DNA of 46,788 nucleotides from Myxococcota bacterium (GTDB lineage Bacteria; Myxococcota; JACRCW01): NCBI GenBank assembly GCA_040752415.1, contig JBFMGU010000058.1, positions 1 to 46,788 of the forward strand, read 5' to 3'. Shown piece by piece: positions 27,617 to 35,892 of this stretch (position 1 is its first letter; each line of letters starts with the position of its first letter). The notes under the pieces were generated by a model. It saw only the letters and a program-made list of their open reading frames with translations, ran no database searches and was not told where the DNA came from. The position numbers and the translations under genes were made by a program.

Positions 27617-27953
27617 TGGCGACCCGCAGCCTGGCACCTGGGAGCGGCTGGCCAACGAAGCCGGCGGGGACGTGCCCATGGCTCGGCAGCACGAGCAAGG
27701 GGGCGGCCGCGGCATCCGTGCTCCTTTCCGCGGGGCCAGCCACGGAGCACACACGCGCCCCGTGTGGGAAGGGACCATGGAGCGACGGGCGAAGGTGTTG
27801 GCAATCTGGCGGAAGGGGGTGGAGCTGCCATGGTCTGCTGCTCACCGTGCAGAGCGGGTCCTCCAAGGACAGTCCATGCTCGTGTCGCCTTGGAGAACCC
27901 GTTGCACCGCGCGCGTTGCCGGTTGCTTCAACCGCCATGGGCAGTTGTACGCA

Positions 27954-30353
27954 TCACCAAATCACCCCAAACGAGGAAATCTCGTTGTTCCATCCAGAAC
28001 CGATCATCTGTCCAATGGACGAGATGGAGAACGTCGTGTTTGCGGTAATGGAGTACGATTTGGATGTCCCGGAGCAGCCGCCGTCCTTGAAGAGGAACAA
28101 CGCTCCATTGGCTGTTGCGGGCGCCCGGAATTTGAAGGACGACGCCAGGTTGTTGAACCCAAACGAGGACATGTTGAAGCAGGTGCCAGAGCCTGCCTTC
28201 CCATAGGCTACGTGGATGGCCGTACCTTCATAGTTGGTGCTGTCGTAGAATGAGACAAGCTTGCCCACGGAAACCCAGTCTGAACAGACCTGGGTCCCGC
28301 TCTGGGACTCGTTGTAGGGCGTAACGCAGAAGCGCAGATACTTGTTGCTGTCCGTGCCGTTGAGCGTGTGGGTGCTGGATGTCCCGACGACGGTGCCAGC
28401 CTGGGAAGTGTCTGAGGTGCGCCACCACTCAAACGTGGAGGAATCAACGAGGCCAGAGAGCGTGTAGGATCCGGTAGCCTGGTTGCCTGAGACCGTGAGG
28501 GATACATCGGATGCCGTTGGGGTGAGGTCACCGACGGAAACCCAGTCTGAACAGACTTGGGTCCCGCTCAGGTATCCGTTGTTGGGCGTGACACAGAAAC
28601 GCAGGTATTTCTGGTGATCGGCGGTCTCGAGGGCGTGGGTGGTGGAATCCCCGACTTCGAAGGTGGTGCCTGCCTCGGAAGTGCTTGAGGCCCGCTTCCA
28701 CTCAAAAGTCGACGAATCAGAGAGGCCATATTCATCATAGAAGGTGTAGGAACCCGTCGCCGTGCTTCCGGAAATCGTAAGAGACACGTTTGAGACGGAT
28801 GGGGTGGTAACCCGCGTTCCCCAGTAGGTACCCAAGACATCCAGCTCGCTTCCCGCGCGGCCGTAAAAACCATACAACTGCTTTCCTGACGGAGCAATGG
28901 TCTCGCAAGTGATATCGCCCTCGCCGCCTTCCAGAGTGCGTCCGTTCGCCGTGGTGAGCTTGATGTAGCCCGCGCGCTTGTCGCCGTCCTTTTTTCCATC
29001 ACACATTGTGACGGACACCACCGGATCCGTGTCCAATTCGCTGAGCGTGGGTAGCTGACTTCCGCCCGTGCCACCATGGCTCAGCGTGGTTCCGTCCGTG
29101 TACGTGGCGGAAACCATGTCCACGCGCGAGCCCGTGCGGATGGTGATGGACGCCAGCCGCGTTTCCCCTGTCAGAGGCATGTCATTAAACCCGGCTCCAT
29201 TAGGACTGTGCAGACGAATCTTCCCGGCAACGTCGGGCTCCATGTAGACGTGCGTTCCGGCAAAGGTTGTCCAGGCGTTTTCTGACGCGTCAATGGAGGC
29301 GTTGCAGACGTCACCACCATCCAGATCGCCAGAATCACACCCGTTGAGAGAGTACGGTGCGTCGTAGCAGGGCTTCTGCATCATGTAGCTTCCGGACCAG
29401 ACGTACGGGGTGCTCTCCCCGCTGCAGCCAATGTAACCCTGAAGTGCCGTGAGCGAAGTGTCGCTATAGGTCGCGCCGTCTGCTTCTGATGTGTAACTCG
29501 TGATTCCAGTGGCGCAAGCGTTGCTTGCCATCACCAGTTGGCCGTAGCCGCCATTTGTCGTGCCAAGTGGGTCGCCAAAGTTCATGTAGTAGTCAATTGC
29601 GTCCCCCGCTTGCCACGCGGCGCATGAGATGTCCCCCGTATACTCATCATCACAGAGAACATCCGCCCCCGACACGGTCCAGTCGTAGAGCTTCAGCGAG
29701 TTGTAGTACTTTCCAGCGTAGACATTGACATGATTCCCAGTCATGCTCAGCCAGTCCCTGGGCACAACGTACTTTCCCTTGTGGAGGTCTGCCCAAACCG
29801 AAGTCACCTCTCCATCCACAACGTCAACGACGATGTACTGCGCGTCCTTTCCGTGGGTTCCGATTGAGCCTTCGATGTCGCTTTCATCTTGAAAGTACAT
29901 GCCGTAAGCGTCAGACAGGCCCTGCAGATGGGAGTACTGCTTTCCAAATGGAATGCCGTACGTGATCCTGAAGGTCTGACTGCGCGTGGACCTGGTGACG
30001 TTGGCCACAACGACGAAGTCGGAGCTAAAGGATTTCCGGCAGAAGTCCTGCAAGTCACTCAGCTCGCGGTCATCGTATGAATCGCCATGGGCAGTATTGA
30101 AATCACTGTGACTCTCCTTGAACGTGAGGGGGTTGCACTTGTGGTCATCCCGCACGTTGATGTAGGGGCGGAAGTCGTTGGCCACCACCCAATCCTCGTC
30201 GTCGTCATAGCTGGCGACCGCGGAGGAGACCGTGGCCACATCCCCACCGACTTCCATGTCCACAGCGTCAGGCCCAGCCTCGCCGGCCGCGGAGCACCCC
30301 GCCAGTGACAACAACGCACAGAGTGAAACCAGGGAGATGTGTTTGGTTCTCAT
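27954..30353 (-). CDS. Multidomain lipoprotein: NPP1/Vps62-like N-domain + jacalin-like lectin + two Ig-like repeats + beta/gamma-crystallin domain
   Basis: Lipobox LAGC; jacalin GSRVD..HGGTGG..GFYGRAGSELDVLG; two ~88-aa repeats ending KYLRFCVTP..SGTQVCSDWVSVG; crystallin FYDSTNYEG..NNLASSF..NNEISSF. The N-domain call is tentative. Confidence 0.75.
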   Translation of the reverse strand: MRTKHISLVSLCALLSLAGCSAAGEAGPDAVDMEVGGDVATVSSAVASYDDDEDWVVANDFRPYINVRDDHKCNPLTFKESHSDFNTAHGDSYDDRELSDLQDFCRKSFSSDFVVVANVTRSTRSQTFRITYGIPFGKQYSHLQGLSDAYGMYFQDESDIEGSIGTHGKDAQYIVVDVVDGEVTSVWADLHKGKYVVPRDWLSMTGNHVNVYAGKYYNSLKLYDWTVSGADVLCDDEYTGDISCAAWQAGDAIDYYMNFGDPLGTTNGGYGQLVMASNACATGITSYTSEADGATYSDTSLTALQGYIGCSGESTPYVWSGSYMMQKPCYDAPYSLNGCDSGDLDGGDVCNASIDASENAWTTFAGTHVYMEPDVAGKIRLHSPNGAGFNDMPLTGETRLASITIRTGSRVDMVSATYTDGTTLSHGGTGGSQLPTLSELDTDPVVSVTMCDGKKDGDKRAGYIKLTTANGRTLEGGEGDITCETIAPSGKQLYGFYGRAGSELDVLGTYWGTRVTTPSVSNVSLTISGSTATGSYTFYDEYGLSDSSTFEWKRASSTSEAGTTFEVGDSTTHALETADHQKYLRFCVTPNNGYLSGTQVCSDWVSVGDLTPTASDVSLTVSGNQATGSYTLSGLVDSSTFEWWRTSDTSQAGTVVGTSSTHTLNGTDSNKYLRFCVTPYNESQSGTQVCSDWVSVGKLVSFYDSTNYEGTAIHVAYGKAGSGTCFNMSSFGFNNLASSFKFRAPATANGALFLFKDGGCSGTSKSYSITANTTFSISSIGQMIGSGWNNEISSFGVIW

Positions 30354-30410
30354 GCCGGACAGCCCTTTCTGATGCCGCGAGAAGATCGCGGTGGTGACCG
30401 GGGGCGGATG

Positions 30411-30426
30411 AGCAGGGCGCATGCCA
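30411..30426 (-). promoter_or_regulatory. Putative sigma-54 promoter of the lectin-domain gene
   Basis: Minus strand reads TGGCATGCGCCCTGCT (GG-N10-GC), about 58 nt upstream of ATG 30353. Confidence 0.65.
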
Positions 30427-30525
30427 ATCCCAATCCCAGTCCCGCGCGCGAATTCGCGGCGCTGGCCGCTTCGGAAGACCCAGCCCGCGGTGCCATTTGC
30501 CACGCTTCAAGACTCCGGCAGGGTC

Positions 30526-30558
30526 GGCGAATCCCGCACAAGGCAGGCAGAATCCGCG
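30526..30558. promoter_or_regulatory. Paired imperfect palindromes, putative enhancer sites
   Basis: GGCGAATCCCGCA (30526-30538) and GGCAGAATCCGCG (30546-30558), 20 bp apart; resemble the 27583 pair. Confidence 0.5.
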
Positions 30559-30938
30559 CAACCCCCCCAATGGGCGCGGCGACGTCAACACACCGCCTCC
30601 TTAGGAGAGGATAGGGACGCGTCCGTCGAGCAGGCTCGCGCGGGGGCATGCGCGGTCCGGTGCGTGCGATGCGTCATGTGACTCCTCCCGCCGTGGGCGG
30701 AGCAGCGCGCCGCGTCCCTGGATGCGCGCAGCAGCGTTCCCGAGCGGGGTGCGTGGAGTGGCCTGTCTGGCGGGACAGGGGAACCGCCGTTGACGGCGTC
30801 CAGGCTGCCCAGCAAGAAGGAAGACAGGCATTCTCCCGGGATGCCGGTCCAGTGGAAGGAGTCGGCCTCGGCGCGCCGGCGGCACGTCAACGCTGCTATG
30901 GTGCCTCGAGGTCCCCAGCAAACCAGAGGAAGCGTTCC

Positions 30939-32270
30939 GTGGCCCGCATTCTTGTAGCTGACGACGAGGCCAGCGTCCGTACGTTCATGGCGGAGGCGCT
31001 GGAGCTATCCGGACATGAGGTCGTGGAGGCAAGCAACGGGCTCGACGCGATCGCCAGCGTGAAGAAGAGCGCGTACGACGTCCTGCTCACCGACCTCAGG
31101 ATGCCGGGCGCTGACGGCCTGGCGGTCCTGCGCGCGGTCCGGGAGTTGCAGCCCGAGCTCCAGGTGATCCTGCTGACCGCCCACGGTTCCATCGAGAGCG
31201 CCATCCAGGCGATGAAGGAGGGCGCCTTCGACTATCTGCAGAAACCCCTGTCTGGTCCGGCGGAGCTGCGCCTCCTGGTCGAGCGCGCGGCGGAGCATCG
31301 GCTGCTCAAGCAGGGTCGAGCGCTCGCCCAGCTCGAGCTCTCCAGCGCATCCAAGACCCTGACCTTCGGCGCCGCTGCCATGGTTCCGGTGATCAAGGCG
31401 CTTGAGCGGGTGGCGCCCACGCCGATGACGGTGTTGCTCCTGGGGGAGAGTGGCACGGGCAAGGAGGTGGCTGCCCGCACCATCCACCAGCTCAGTCCCC
31501 GGCGCGACAACCCCTTCGTCGTCATCAACTGCGCTGCCGTCTCGGAGTCGCTGGTCGAGAGCGAGCTCTTCGGGCACGAGAAGGGAGCGTTCACGGGGGC
31601 CACCGAGCGTCGCCGGGGTCGACTGGAGATGGCGGACACCGGGACCTTCTTCCTCGACGAGATCGGAGAGCTGAAGCCGGGGCTGCAGGCGAAGCTGCTA
31701 CGCGTCCTGGAGGAGCGGATGTTCGAGCGGGTGGGGGGCTCGCAGACGATCAAGGTCGACGTCCGCTGGGTTGCCGCCACCAACCGGGATCTCACCACCA
31801 TGATCGCGGACGGGACCTTCCGGGAGGATCTCTATCACCGCCTCGCAGTGTTCCCGATCCAACTCCCGCCACTCCGGGAGCGACGCGAGGATGTCCTGCC
31901 GCTTGCGAGGATGCTGCTCGAGCGCATTGGCCCGGAATTGGGCCGCCCCGGGCTCTCGCTCTCCAACGAGGCCGCCGCGCTGATCCAGGCGGCGCCATGG
32001 ACCGGCAACGTCCGGGAGCTGAAGAACGCCCTGGAGCGCGCCGCGCTCATGAGCGACGGCAATGTCATCACCGCCAAGGACCTGAGCATCCGGGCGGCTG
32101 CGGGAGGAAAGGCCGCCGTGGGTGAGGTGCTCATGCTGCGGGACCTGGAGCGTCAGGCCATCGAGCGCGCCCTTGAGCTGGCGCAGGGGAACCGCAGGGA
32201 GGCCGCCGAGAAGCTGGGAATCGCCGTCAGGACACTCTACGACAAGATCAAGCTGTACAACCTCGAGTAG
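30939..32270 (+). CDS. Sigma-54-dependent NtrC-family response regulator (REC-AAA+-Fis HTH)
   Basis: ILVADDE, TDLRMPG, GESGTGKE, ESELFGHEKGAFTGA, FLDEIGE, FREDLYHRL, WTGNVREL, HTH; GTG start after AGAGGA. Confidence 0.95.
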   Translation: MARILVADDEASVRTFMAEALELSGHEVVEASNGLDAIASVKKSAYDVLLTDLRMPGADGLAVLRAVRELQPELQVILLTAHGSIESAIQAMKEGAFDYLQKPLSGPAELRLLVERAAEHRLLKQGRALAQLELSSASKTLTFGAAAMVPVIKALERVAPTPMTVLLLGESGTGKEVAARTIHQLSPRRDNPFVVINCAAVSESLVESELFGHEKGAFTGATERRRGRLEMADTGTFFLDEIGELKPGLQAKLLRVLEERMFERVGGSQTIKVDVRWVAATNRDLTTMIADGTFREDLYHRLAVFPIQLPPLRERREDVLPLARMLLERIGPELGRPGLSLSNEAAALIQAAPWTGNVRELKNALERAALMSDGNVITAKDLSIRAAAGGKAAVGEVLMLRDLERQAIERALELAQGNRREAAEKLGIAVRTLYDKIKLYNLE

Positions 32271-32400
32271 CACCCAGGACCGCCCGCGGCAGTGCACGAA
32301 CCGCAGGCTAAGCGACCCGCCGGACCGGCTAAGCGTCCCAGGGCTGATGGGATTCCAAGCGGCGCCACGCGCCGGGAACGTCCTCCGCGGAGGAGCCAAC

Positions 32401-33687
32401 TTGCGACGACACTTGAACACCAGCGCGCGCGAGAAGAGGACGAAGGGGATGATCATCACCGTGGCGCTGACCATGAGCGCCTGGCTCATCTTCACCTCCG
32501 CGCATTCCTACTTGACCTCGCTCGATCTCGCGGAGGTTGCGGTCGTCGGGCAGGCGGAGGGGGATCTCTTCGCGAACCTTCGGCCCTGCGGGAAGCCCGA
32601 GCGGTCCTGGACCCAGGAGGCCCTCCAGGGCTGCGTCGCCGAGTTCTTCCGCGAGCACGAGGGAAGAGGGCTGCGCTACGCGTCGGCTTCGCTCCCGGCC
32701 CCGGACGGCGCGGCCCGGGAGATGCGCAACGCGGGCGTTTTCGCTGAGGTGGGAGAAAGGCGTTCGCCCGACAACGTCGTTCTGGATCCGAACCTGCGCG
32801 GTCGGCCGGTGCCCCTGGGAGACCGTTACGTCTACATCATGCCCCCGCACATCATCGTGGATGCCCCGACGCACGTGATGGAATTCGAGCCGCTCCGCGC
32901 CCATGCCCTGCGGCGGGAGGCGCTCCTGACGCTGATTGCAGGCGTGTTGGGGGCGGTGGTGACGGTTGGGGGCGCGTTGCATCTGCTGCGCCTGGCGAGG
33001 GAGCGGGAGGAGGCACAACGCCAGGCGAAGGAGCGGGAGCAATTGGCGCTGCTCGGGAAGATGTCGGCGGTGATGGCCCACGAGCTGAGGAACCCGCTGG
33101 CCGCCGCCAAGGGGCACTCGCAGCTGATGGCCGAGATGTCGGCGCCCGGAACCAGGCTGCAGCGAAAGGCAGAGCAAGTGGTGCAGGAGCTGGTGCGGGT
33201 GGAGGAGCTGACCAATGATCTGTTGGCCTTTGTGCGGTCAGGGAAGGTGAATCCGCGCCCCTGTGACCCCGCGGCGCTGGTGCGCGAGGTGGCAGGACGC
33301 ACGGTGATCGCCACGCCGGTGAACGTGGAGGCGGAAGGTGCGCCGCCAACCTGGCCCCTGGATGCGCACGCCATGGAGCGCGTGCTGATCAACCTGCTTC
33401 GAAACGCGGCCCAGGCGCAGGAATCCCAGGAGCCGATCCGCCTGGTGGTGCGCCAGCAAGGGGAGGAGCTCTACTTCGCGGTGCGTGACCACGGCCCCGG
33501 GCTCAAGGATGGAGTTGAAGTCTTCACACCGTTCGTCACCACCAAGAGCGCCGGCACCGGCCTGGGGCTCGCTGTCTCCCGCCAGAGCGTCGAGGCGCAC
33601 GGAGGGCGCATCTCCCTGCGGAATCACCCGGAAGGAGGCGCCCTCGCCGAGATCTACCTCCCTCGGGAGCTGCCCGCTGGCGCATGA
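32401..33687 (+). CDS. Membrane sensor histidine kinase
   Basis: Two TM helices around a periplasmic region; AHELRNPL, NLLRNAAQA, DHGPG, PFVTTK..GTGLGL; TTG start after GGAGGAG (alternative ATG 32449). Confidence 0.9.
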   Translation: MRRHLNTSAREKRTKGMIITVALTMSAWLIFTSAHSYLTSLDLAEVAVVGQAEGDLFANLRPCGKPERSWTQEALQGCVAEFFREHEGRGLRYASASLPAPDGAAREMRNAGVFAEVGERRSPDNVVLDPNLRGRPVPLGDRYVYIMPPHIIVDAPTHVMEFEPLRAHALRREALLTLIAGVLGAVVTVGGALHLLRLAREREEAQRQAKEREQLALLGKMSAVMAHELRNPLAAAKGHSQLMAEMSAPGTRLQRKAEQVVQELVRVEELTNDLLAFVRSGKVNPRPCDPAALVREVAGRTVIATPVNVEAEGAPPTWPLDAHAMERVLINLLRNAAQAQESQEPIRLVVRQQGEELYFAVRDHGPGLKDGVEVFTPFVTTKSAGTGLGLAVSRQSVEAHGGRISLRNHPEGGALAEIYLPRELPAGA

Positions 33688-33891
33688 AATGGCTTCGCGC
33701 TCGTTAGGATGGGCTGCCGAAGCATAGGGACCCGCCGCAGCCCGTCCGCGATGTCAGCCTGAAAGCTCCGCGGATACATTCGGCCACACCAGGAAGCAGC
33801 GGAGGTGCCGGCCCGACGCTGGCGAAAAGTATGCGGAGCGGCTCCTTTGAGCTGGTACCACGGTCGGTGAGTTCATCCCCACAGGCCCACG

Positions 33892-33924
33892 TGCAGATTC
33901 CGCCACCGCCAGGCAGGTTCTGCC
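33892..33924. promoter_or_regulatory. Paired imperfect palindromes, putative enhancer sites
   Basis: TGCAGATTCCGCC (33892-33904) and GGCAGGTTCTGCC (33912-33924), 20 bp apart. Confidence 0.5.
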
Positions 33925-34045
33925 ACGCCGCCCGCTTCTGGAACGGGGACCAACCAGGCACGGGCGCGGGGATTGTCGGGGCCTTCGCCCTACGCCCTTC
34001 TCACGGCGCGACATCTTGCAGTCCCGGCGCGCCGTGAAGGTGGCT

Positions 34046-34061
34046 CGGCACAGGATGTGCA
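34046..34061 (+). promoter_or_regulatory. Possible sigma-54 promoter of the stand-alone receiver gene
   Basis: CGGCACAGGATGTGCA (GG-N10-GC), a weaker match. Confidence 0.4.
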
Positions 34062-34169
34062 GCTGATCACTCGCTCCTGTTTGGCTCGACGGGCCAGGAG
34101 CGTGGTGGCCCGCGCCGACGAGGTCTCGACCAGGCAGGGCTTCATCCCCACCCGAGGTGGAAGGACGAC

Positions 34170-34562
34170 ATGGCGCGCATCCTGGTGGCAGACGATGAAG
34201 CGGGTATTCGCTCCTTCCTCACCGACGCCCTGGCACTTGCCGGGCATGAGGTCATCGAGACCAGCGACGGGCTGGAGGCCATTCGGGTGTTGATGGCGGA
34301 GCCGTTCGACCTCGTGATCACCGACCTCATGATGCCGGGCGCTGATGGCCTGGCCGTTCTGCGCACGGCGCGTAGTCTTCGGCCCCAGGTGCAGGTGATC
34401 CTCCTGACCGCGCAGAGCTCACGGGAGCTCGCCAGCCAAGCGCGGAACGAGGGCGCGTCCGACTTCCTTGCCAAACCCCTGAGCGGTCCCGCGGAGCTGC
34501 GCGTGGCGGTCGAGCGCGTTCTCGCGTGCAAGCCGCCGGGCCTGGTGGCTCCAGGAAGCTGA
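34170..34562 (+). CDS. Single-domain response regulator, paralog of the NtrC receiver domain
   Basis: MARILVADDE, TDLMMPGADGLAVLR, QVILLTA, KPLSGPAELR. Confidence 0.9.
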   Translation: MARILVADDEAGIRSFLTDALALAGHEVIETSDGLEAIRVLMAEPFDLVITDLMMPGADGLAVLRTARSLRPQVQVILLTAQSSRELASQARNEGASDFLAKPLSGPAELRVAVERVLACKPPGLVAPGS

Positions 34563-34771
34563 CCGCGCGCCTCCATGGGAACGTGGTGACGTGAGCCGCG
34601 CAGGCCGGCAGGCGTGACAACGTCATCTCGGCAGGCCACCCGCAGATGATGCCCGGTCTTCCGCCGTGGAAATCAACGCTCGTACTGGCCAACGCTCGTG
34701 CCCTGGCTAGACTGGGGGGACCGCAACACACCTGTCGACCCGAGGAGCGCGCAGTTCCGCGTTGCGTCGCC

Positions 34772-35752
34772 ATGAGAAAAACACCCTTGATCATCCACAC
34801 CGGCAAGCTCGAACATCCTGCCACCCGGGCATGGAACACGCTGCGCGGCGAGACGGTGGAGCCACGGCGCCTGGTGCAGTTGAAGCATGGCCGCAAGTCG
34901 CGCGCCTACCGCCTTGAGGGCGTGGGGCCGGACGGCGCGGCGCTCATTGCCAAGTGGTGTCCCCGCGCAACGGCCGCCCTGGAGCGCATCATCTACGAGG
35001 AGGTCCTTCCGCACCTCCCGGTCACCGCGCCGCGCTACCACGGCTTCCTCGACGACGGGCCGGAGGCCAGCTGGCTCTTCATCGAGGACGTGGGGAGCGA
35101 GCGGTACGTGTCCGAGGACCCCGCGCATGCCGCGCTGGCGGCGCGCTGGGTAGCGGCCATGCACACCGCAACAGGCCACCTGGCCACCGTGGCGCGGCTG
35201 CCGGAGCGTGGACCGGCGCACTACCTGGCGCACCTGCGGAACGCGCGCAGCACCATCCAGCGTGACCGCGTGGGGCGTGGTCTCGACGGGCGTGATGAGG
35301 GAATCCTCGACGGGATCCTCGCGCAGATCGACACGCTGGAGCAGCAGTGGCCGCACGTGGAGGAAGCGTGCGCCAGCCTGCCGGTGACGTTGGCCCACGG
35401 TGACTTCCGACCCAAGAACGCACACGTCCGCCCCACCGCGCAGGGACTCGCGCTGTATCCCATGGACTGGGAGACCGCAGGTCGTGGACCGCCGGTTGCC
35501 GACCTCGCGCGGGTCGACGTCGAGGCGTATTGGCTCGCGGTGCGTGGGCACTGGCCGCAGCTGGATTTTCCGTCGGTGCAGCGCATGGGCGCGCTGGGCG
35601 GCGTCTTCCGCTGGTTGGCCGGGACGGACTGGGAGAGCACCTGGCTGAAGCACAACGTCCTGGACCGCGCCATGGCGCGCATGGCGGTCTGTCACGCCGA
35701 GCTCACCCGGACCACGTGCGCCGTGGATTTCCTGGCGTCCGCCCAGGCGTGA
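34772..35752 (+). CDS. Aminoglycoside phosphotransferase (APH)/choline-kinase-like protein
   Basis: LIAK, WLFIEDV, TLAHGDFRPKN (Brenner motif), MDWE..G.GPP..DLA. Confidence 0.85.
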   Translation: MRKTPLIIHTGKLEHPATRAWNTLRGETVEPRRLVQLKHGRKSRAYRLEGVGPDGAALIAKWCPRATAALERIIYEEVLPHLPVTAPRYHGFLDDGPEASWLFIEDVGSERYVSEDPAHAALAARWVAAMHTATGHLATVARLPERGPAHYLAHLRNARSTIQRDRVGRGLDGRDEGILDGILAQIDTLEQQWPHVEEACASLPVTLAHGDFRPKNAHVRPTAQGLALYPMDWETAGRGPPVADLARVDVEAYWLAVRGHWPQLDFPSVQRMGALGGVFRWLAGTDWESTWLKHNVLDRAMARMAVCHAELTRTTCAVDFLASAQA

Positions 35753-35892
35753 GACCCGCTGGCTCAAGCCAGGCAGCTCGTTAACATCCGGTTGGACCCC
35801 AGCCTTGGACGGTCCGGGTGAATCCCGGGACGGCGTGATGGGCGCGGGCTCCTCGTCGGTGGACCCTGCGTCGACAGTGGTGGTGACGCGCG

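Noticed and set aside
30648..30938. N-terminal extensions given by the ORF track (also 161-1441, 26632-27831, 27954-30503, 32122-33687)
   Set aside because: The extensions overlap promoters or neighbouring genes; downstream starts with an RBS or at domain boundaries fit better.
34772..35752. Aminoglycoside resistance gene
   Set aside because: APH-fold motifs alone do not indicate substrate; the family contains many non-resistance kinases.
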